NCBI GenBank assembly: GCA_048594645.1
Contig: JBMDWR010000062.1
Location: 3,952-23,951, forward strand
Direction of reading: 5' to 3'
Origin: Actinomycetota bacterium
Lineage (GTDB): Bacteria; Actinomycetota; UBA4738; HRBIN12
Length of the DNA: 20,000 bases
Positions 15,801-20,000 of the stretch are shown here, piece after piece. The notes beneath the pieces were generated by a model that saw nothing but the letters and a program-made list of their open reading frames with translations, ran no database searches and was not told the DNA's origin. Made by a program: the position numbers and the translations under genes. The first letter of the stretch is position 1, and every line of letters begins with the position of its first letter.

Positions 15801-15923
15801 GTCGAGGCCGGCCCCGTGGTCGTGACGTTCACCGAGGGCTGGATCCGAACGGTGCAACTCGGCGTGCTCGCCGTCCTATGGCTCGCGGCCATCTGGATCA
15901 CGAGGAAGCCCGGTTCGGCATGA
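12867..15923 (+). CDS. Family-2 glycosyltransferase (GT-A) fused to a large polytopic membrane domain and a C-terminal extracytoplasmic domain
   Basis: 1018 aa. The N-terminal ~250 aa carry GT2 hallmarks (VVAVDNGSSDGT, AVHDD, HHDDLDFCWRARMAGF). After that I count at least ten hydrophobic helices by eye, then a ~200-aa soluble region and a terminal TM (VQLGVLAVLWLAAIWI). Confidence 0.8.
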   Translation: MATTTVDPSSVPTDVHAPSVLVVLVTRDAVGWLRGSLEALAAQTHSRLGVVAVDNGSSDGTLELLRQALGEGRVVSLAEDRGIAGALAAATQLAPAQAADYLLAVHDDTALAPDAVERMLEAAEGIERVGVVGPKIVDSDQPRVLREVGRSTDRFGHPYTPLQDGELDQGQYDRVLEVLFVSSAVMLLSRDAWQRTGPFDERFAGHHDDLDFCWRARMAGFRVLMTPLATARHRDASTRAERIDEHGRRSARYHAERAGLASMLKNYGVLTLLWLLPVYTVLGVARVLYLALSRRFEDAFDLLAAWGWNLLHLSGTLRRRIRAQSVRSVPDRKIRPFMASTFRLPRWFERAEEFLDEGLEQLTDEEEGRPLSRRALGVAAGHPVLLGSILAVALGALAVRHLVGPEVISGGALAAFPADVATFFRELVSGVRTTALGGAQPASPALAGLGAVSWVAFGSTAAAQKVLLGVLPALGGVAMYRAMARETSSPAASVVGAGAYVLSATVLWSFSEGRIGLLVAVALLPLLWDRVDAVFRARFSGPRVRVGVGLGVALAIAVAFAPSIVLAVALFVAANLLAGRRRGRGLVLVALAAVAAALLAFPVVLGAAGDPASALTSQIGTPDVWSVLRLAPGGGPGTWGVAAFLPIAAVICFAGVQDPQRGRAWRALLVAVAGTVLAWASVAGALPEFLTNAPVFLAAAAVAESALVALGLSTFAASLERHAFGLRHIGAALLAVVLGLGFAGQALQVTFGDWAVRPGGLPPAWPVVASAPGEFRILWLGAPNGDRFPAPGGDPIGLAEAGEATVRFGLTGRDGVTALDEGRARSGAGYEELEGVLGDLLAGQTQHAGASLGQFGVRFVVAEEGDLPHAAAERLRRQVDLDLVPAGGLTIFRNAAALPTAFVSANAPVPETSDAAAVEASPTVDADALDGGGERYEAEAGGDGHVVVAQQFDGGWRVENAGNARTPFAGYGWAIAAPVEAGPVVVTFTEGWIRTVQLGVLAVLWLAAIWITRKPGSA

Positions 15924-17290
15924 GGAAGGTCCAGACGCTCGTCGCGATCCTCGTGCCCGTCGTGCTGCTGGCCGGCGCCGCGTACGCGGACCGAGAGCTT
16001 GGCACGAGGGACTTCGAGCCGGGAACACCGCGCTCGGTCTCGTCCGGCGTGTGGCTGTGTCCGCACGGTGGCGGCCCCGAGGGTTGGGAGGCCTTCCTTC
16101 AGGTCGCGAACCCCGGCGAGCGGACGGCGACGGTGCGCGTTCGCTCGCTGGGAAAAGACAAGCCGGCCGAGCCGGAGACGTTCGAGCTCGAGCCGGGCTC
16201 GTTCGCGCGCTTCCCGGTCCCGGCCGAGGGCAGGGGGAGCGCGTCGATCGTCGAGTGGTTCGGCGACTGGGTCGCGGTGGGATGGCTCGCCCATGCCGGA
16301 GGAGGCGAGGGCGGCGTCGCGGTCGAGCCGTGCGCGCCGGCCGCGGGTCAGCGGTGGCTGCTTCCGGACGGCACGACGCAGACCGAAGGCGACGCCGACT
16401 TCGTGGTCGTGATGAACCCGTTTGCCCGCGAGGCGGTCTTCTCGATCACGCTCCTGTCCGAGCGCAAGGAGCCGGTCCAGCACAGCTCGCTCACCGACGT
16501 CGTCCTTCGACCGTTCCGAAGCGTCGCGTTCAACGTGAACGACGTCGTCCTCGGCGAGCCGACCGTGTCCTCGCTCGTGCGCGTCTCGGTCGGCCGGGTG
16601 GCGGCCGCCACGCTGGGCGTGTCGGGCACGGGAGGCATCAGGTCGGCGCTCGGGTACCTGGGCGTCCCGCCTCCGAGCCTCACCTTCCCGGGCGGTGCCG
16701 ACGCGGGCAGGTCGCAGCTGATCGTGATGAACGCCGCCGCGACGACCGACGACCAGCGCGTCACGCTGGCCGGCGACATCGTGGGCGATGGAGCGTCCCA
16801 GCCGTTCGCGGGGCTCTCGGACTCCGGCATCCCGAACAGCGCCGCGCGGACGTTCCTGTCGGCGACGTCGGGGACGACGTCGATCGAGCTGGACGTGAAG
16901 GGCGACGAGATCGCCGCCGTTCGCAGGACCTTCGGCACCGCCTCGGATCAGGCGGCCGTGACGGGGGCTGAACCGTCGGCAGCATGGGTCGTGCTCCCCG
17001 CCGTGGCGGGTGACCCGTCGAACCCCGGGCTCGTCCTTTCCAACCCGGGCTCGGAGCCGGCCGTGATCACGCTTCGGTACTTGGCGCCGGGACCGGCCGA
17101 CGAGGTGAGCGTGACGGTCGAACCCGGCAGCACCGTCCAAGCCCCCGAGGCGTTCCTCCGGCTCGCGCCCGAGGTGGGGGTGTTGGCCGAGGCGTCTTCG
17201 GGAACCTTCATACCGGCATCGGCGTCGTATTCGCTCGGTCCCGAGGGCGTCGCCACGTACGCCGTCGCGCTGGGGATCGCGGTGCCGTAG
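15920..17290 (+). CDS. Signal-anchored/secreted protein with four internal beta-sandwich-like repeats (DUF5719-like)
   Basis: The start ATG overlaps the upstream stop (ATGA at 15920-15923), with GAGGAAG 11 nt upstream. N-terminus MRKVQTLVAILVPVVLLAGAAYA. There are four modules sharing W/L-x-L/F-P ... hydrophobic-N-P/A ... strand patterns. The DUF5719 label comes from memory of annotations of genes following such GT2 genes. Confidence 0.65.
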   Translation: MRKVQTLVAILVPVVLLAGAAYADRELGTRDFEPGTPRSVSSGVWLCPHGGGPEGWEAFLQVANPGERTATVRVRSLGKDKPAEPETFELEPGSFARFPVPAEGRGSASIVEWFGDWVAVGWLAHAGGGEGGVAVEPCAPAAGQRWLLPDGTTQTEGDADFVVVMNPFAREAVFSITLLSERKEPVQHSSLTDVVLRPFRSVAFNVNDVVLGEPTVSSLVRVSVGRVAAATLGVSGTGGIRSALGYLGVPPPSLTFPGGADAGRSQLIVMNAAATTDDQRVTLAGDIVGDGASQPFAGLSDSGIPNSAARTFLSATSGTTSIELDVKGDEIAAVRRTFGTASDQAAVTGAEPSAAWVVLPAVAGDPSNPGLVLSNPGSEPAVITLRYLAPGPADEVSVTVEPGSTVQAPEAFLRLAPEVGVLAEASSGTFIPASASYSLGPEGVATYAVALGIAVP

Positions 17291-17396
17291 GGCGGAGCGC
17301 CCGGCTCTGGACGCGGGAAGAACGGCCTCTCATCGCCTATCATGATGTGTTCTCCGGCAACGACCGGAGCACGCCGAACGGACGGGAGACGGACGC

Positions 17397-18452
17397 GTGG
17401 CACGAGCGAAGCATCGGCGGGGACGGCGGTGGATCGCCGCAGGCGTGGTGCTGGGCGTCCTCCTCCTCCTTTCCGCGGGAACGGCCTACGCCGCCTACCG
17501 GTACGACGCGACGGCGTCGGACCGCATCCTGCCGGGCATCAGCGTCGCGGGCGTGGACGTCGGCGGCATGCGGCGGGCCGAAGCCGTTCGCACGCTTCGC
17601 GCGCACGCCGAGGACACGCTCTTCAGCGATCTCTCCGTCGAGGCCGCCGGCCGTTCCTGGATCGTGACGCCGGCGTCGCTGGGCATGACGGCCGACGTCG
17701 AGGGATCCGTCGACCGCGCGTTCGCCATCGCGGATGACATGTCGTTCGCCTCGCGCGTCTACCACCGGCTGCGCGACGTGCCCGTCGACGTCTCGCTCGA
17801 CCTGCCTTACGTGTCCGATCGCGCGGGGGTGAAGGAGTTCGTTCAGCAGGCCTTCGACGAGGTCTCGGTTCCCGCGGTGAACGCGCGGTTCGCGCTGGTC
17901 GGGGACGAACTCGTCATCCGCCGCTCGCACACGGGACAGGAGCTCGCCGTGAAGGCGGCCACCGGGCGGATCCTCGACGCGCTCGCCGAACGCGCCGATC
18001 AGGTGCAGGTCCCGGTTCGGACGGTCGAGCCGACGGTCACGACCAACGCGCTCGGCCAGTCGATCGTCGTCGACCTCTCCGAGAACCACCTGTACCTGTA
18101 CGAGGGCCTCAAGGTCGTGAACGACTATCCCGTCGCGACGGCGGCACCCGGCTACTCGACGCCGGTCGGGATGTGGGAGGTCATCGACAAGCGGGAGAAC
18201 CCGACCTGGTACAACCCGGCGCTCGACTCGTGGGGAGCCGGTCTCCCGCCGGTCATCGCCCCCGGGCCGGGCAACCCGCTCGGGACGCGCGCGATCTACC
18301 TGAACGCCCCCGGGATCCGGATCCACGGCACCTACAACTCGGACTCGATCGGCACGTACGCCTCGCACGGATGCATCCGGATGCACATCTCGGACTCCGA
18401 GGAGCTCTTCGGGCTGGTCGACGAGGGCGCCCGGGTCATCATCAAGCCGTAA
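17397..18452 (+). CDS. Membrane-anchored L,D-transpeptidase (YkuD domain) with an N-terminal PG-binding-4/YoaR-like region
   Basis: 351 aa, GTG start, TM WIAAGVVLGVLLLLSAG. ILPGISVAGVDVGGMRRAEA is typical of the VanW/YoaR N-terminal domain. The catalytic YkuD motif is IRIHGT...ASHGCIRMH. Confidence 0.85.
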   Translation: MARAKHRRGRRWIAAGVVLGVLLLLSAGTAYAAYRYDATASDRILPGISVAGVDVGGMRRAEAVRTLRAHAEDTLFSDLSVEAAGRSWIVTPASLGMTADVEGSVDRAFAIADDMSFASRVYHRLRDVPVDVSLDLPYVSDRAGVKEFVQQAFDEVSVPAVNARFALVGDELVIRRSHTGQELAVKAATGRILDALAERADQVQVPVRTVEPTVTTNALGQSIVVDLSENHLYLYEGLKVVNDYPVATAAPGYSTPVGMWEVIDKRENPTWYNPALDSWGAGLPPVIAPGPGNPLGTRAIYLNAPGIRIHGTYNSDSIGTYASHGCIRMHISDSEELFGLVDEGARVIIKP

Positions 18453-18460
18453 CCGCGCGC

Positions 18461-18492
18461 GCAACGAGCCACGACGGAACGCGGGTCGTTGC
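18461..18492 (+). terminator. Possible stem-loop after the L,D-transpeptidase gene
   Basis: GCAACGA (18461-18467) pairs with TCGTTGC (18486-18492) across an 18-nt loop, 9 nt after the stop codon. The loop is long and there is no U-tract, so support is weak. Confidence 0.25.
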
Positions 18493-18520
18493 TTGCGATC
18501 GCGCCTACGTCAACTACGAT
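18493..18520 (+). promoter_or_regulatory. Candidate promoter giving a leaderless mRNA for the DUF3499-like gene
   Basis: TTGCGA (18493-18498), a 16-nt spacer, then TACGAT (18515-18520, fits TANNNT). The A of the ATG at 18528 lies 8 nt after the -10 element. No purine-rich SD is present (cgccccc). Confidence 0.4.
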
Positions 18521-18527
18521 CGCCCCC

Positions 18528-18734
18528 ATGAGACGGTGCGGCCGCATCGGCTGCTCGGAGCCCGCCCGCGCGACGGCGCTCCTGCGCTACGACCTGAGGA
18601 CCGTCGAGATCGTGGACCTCGTGATCGGTTCCGAGTCGCAACTCGTCGAGCTCTGCGCGGATCATCTCGCGCGGCTCACCCCGCCCCTCGGGTGGACCGT
18701 CTCGGACCGCAGGCCCTCACCGATCTCGGCCTGA
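18528..18734 (+). CDS. Small Cys-containing DUF3499-like protein
   Basis: 68 aa from the internal ATG, starting MRRCGRIGCSEPARATALLRYD and including LCADHLARLTPPLGWTV. This matches my recollection of the DUF3499 pattern (MRRC..x4C ... LC..H..RLT.P.GW). It lies near the phosphomannomutase gene, as I recall Rv3258c does. Confidence 0.6.
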   Translation: MRRCGRIGCSEPARATALLRYDLRTVEIVDLVIGSESQLVELCADHLARLTPPLGWTVSDRRPSPISA

Positions 18735-18899
18735 CCGCGTCTCCGGACGCCGTATCTGCTTGACCGTGCGAGACATGCGTCCCCCGAAAGGGTCCGCGCC
18801 CGGCCCGATGGAGGACCCGGCAGGGGCCCGGCCGAGCGATCGGATCTGAGAGCGACGTGCTATGTCCTCGAGGTGTCGTTCCGGCCGAGGATTGAACGC

Positions 18900-19106
18900 A
18901 TGGACGGAACACCCATCGAGGGCAAGCGGGAGGGGACCTGCCCCGTCTGCCACCAGGGAGACCTCATCACGATCACGATGACCGTCAGCTCGAACGACCT
19001 CGCCTTCACGACGTGCCACATGTGCGAAGCGAAGTGGTGGTACCGCGACGGCCAGAGCGTGCCGCTGCGTTCGGTGATCGGGTCGGTCCTCCAGCAGCGA
19101 TCCTGA
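18900..19106 (+). CDS. Small 4-Cys zinc-ribbon-like protein (uncharacterised)
   Basis: 68 aa from the ATG at 18900, with GAGGA 8 nt upstream; an alternative GTG lies at 18873. It has two CxxC pairs (CPVCHQG and CHMCEAKWW) about 29 residues apart. Confidence 0.55.
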   Translation: MDGTPIEGKREGTCPVCHQGDLITITMTVSSNDLAFTTCHMCEAKWWYRDGQSVPLRSVIGSVLQQRS

Positions 19107-19131
19107 ACGACCGGGGGTTCAGTACGATGCG

Positions 19132-20000
19132 GTGACCGTGTCGCCGCACCGTGATCTCGCTCGCATCTTCAAGGCGTACGACGTTCGTGGCGTCGTTCCC
19201 GACGAGCTCGACGACGACGTCGCCCGGTCGATCGGGGCGGCGTTCGGCGAGTGGTCCAACGCGCGCGCCGTAGCCGTCGGCCGCGACTGCCGTCCGTCAT
19301 CGCCGTCGCTCGCGGCCGCGCTGAGCGAGGGCATCGCATCGCGGGGTGTCGACGTCGTGGACATCGGCCTCGCCTCCACGGATCTCCTGTACTTCGCCTC
19401 CGGTTCGCTCGACGTCGCCGGTGTGATGGTGACGGCCAGCCACAACCCGCCCGAGTACAACGGCATGAAGTTCTGCCTCCCCGGCGCGAAACCCGTCGGA
19501 CAGGACACCGGCCTCGGCGAGATCCGCGCCCTGGCGCAGGCGCACCCGGACACGTCCAACGCGGTGACGGGGTCGATCGAGCGACGCGATGTGCTCGAGG
19601 CCTACGTGGAGCACGTGCTCTCGTTCATCGACGTCGACGCGATGCGCCCGCTCACCGTGGTCGCCGACACGGCGAATGGCATGGGCGGCCTCGTCGTCCC
19701 GCCGGTGTTCGAGCGCCTGCCCGTGACGTTGATCCATCTGTTCGCCGAGCTGGACGGTACGTTCCCGAACCATCCGGCCGACCCGATCGACCCCGCCAAC
19801 CAGCGCGACCTCAAACGCGAGGTCCTGGCGAGGGGTGCCGACGTGGGCCTGGCGTTCGACGGCGACGCCGATCGCGTCTTCCTGGTCGACGAACGAGCCG
19901 AAGGCGTCAGCGGCTCGGACATCACCGCGCTGGTCGCCGCCGCGCTGCTCGACCGGAACCCCGGCGCGACCGTCGTGCACAACCTGATCTGCTCGTGGGC
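19132..20000 (+). CDS. manB: Phosphomannomutase/phosphoglucomutase (alpha-D-phosphohexomutase), 5' part only; runs off the window
   Basis: This frame is absent from the ORF track because it has no stop within the window. My own translation from the GTG at 19132 gives VTVSPHRDLARIFKAYDVRGVVPDELD. It continues to the active-site loop VMVTASHNPPEYNGMKF (Ser codon at 19438-19440) and the metal loop GLAFDGDADRVFLVD (about 19851). The exact start is uncertain (GTG 19132 or 19138). Confidence 0.85.
   Translation, partial: MTVSPHRDLARIFKAYDVRGVVPDELDDDVARSIGAAFGEWSNARAVAVGRDCRPSSPSLAAALSEGIASRGVDVVDIGLASTDLLYFASGSLDVAGVMVTASHNPPEYNGMKFCLPGAKPVGQDTGLGEIRALAQAHPDTSNAVTGSIERRDVLEAYVEHVLSFIDVDAMRPLTVVADTANGMGGLVVPPVFERLPVTLIHLFAELDGTFPNHPADPIDPANQRDLKREVLARGADVGLAFDGDADRVFLVDERAEGVSGSDITALVAAALLDRNPGATVVHNLICSW

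Overview
High-G+C actinobacterial-type chromosomal DNA, densely coding, with 18 supported CDSs (one runs off the 3' end). I found no rRNA, tRNA, CRISPR array, IS element or integrase. Gene order resembles the whiB2 neighbourhood of Mycobacterium tuberculosis as I recall it (Rv3255c-Rv3264c: pmmA, DUF3499 protein, whiB2, fbiA, fbiB, GDP-mannose pyrophosphorylase), but with extra genes. Left to right: a small 4-TM DMT/ArnE-like transporter, an NDP-hexose pyrophosphorylase, a secreted SpoIID/LytB protein with LGFP repeats, and a minus-strand operon of three bitopic proteins (DUF3105-like / His-motif ectodomain / DUF3105-like). Then come an NCS2/AzgA purine permease, fbiB-fbiA divergent from fbiC, whiB, a 119-aa protein built almost only of K/R/A/T, and a 1018-aa GT2-polytopic membrane fusion. 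That fusion is ATGA-coupled to a secreted four-repeat protein, followed by an L,D-transpeptidase, a small DUF3499-like protein, a small 4-Cys zinc-ribbon protein and a partial phosphomannomutase. The parts most worth a second look are the whiB-linked histone-tail-like basic protein, the DUF3105/His-motif triad, and the GT2-fusion plus four-repeat protein pair. Several small regulatory-looking structures also stand out: a 15-bp perfect palindrome in the 29-bp fbiA/fbiC gap, an 8-bp-arm inverted repeat next to the whiB RBS, and an apparently leaderless promoter for the DUF3499 gene. All family assignments come from motif recognition by eye and from memory of family signatures. None was checked against a database.
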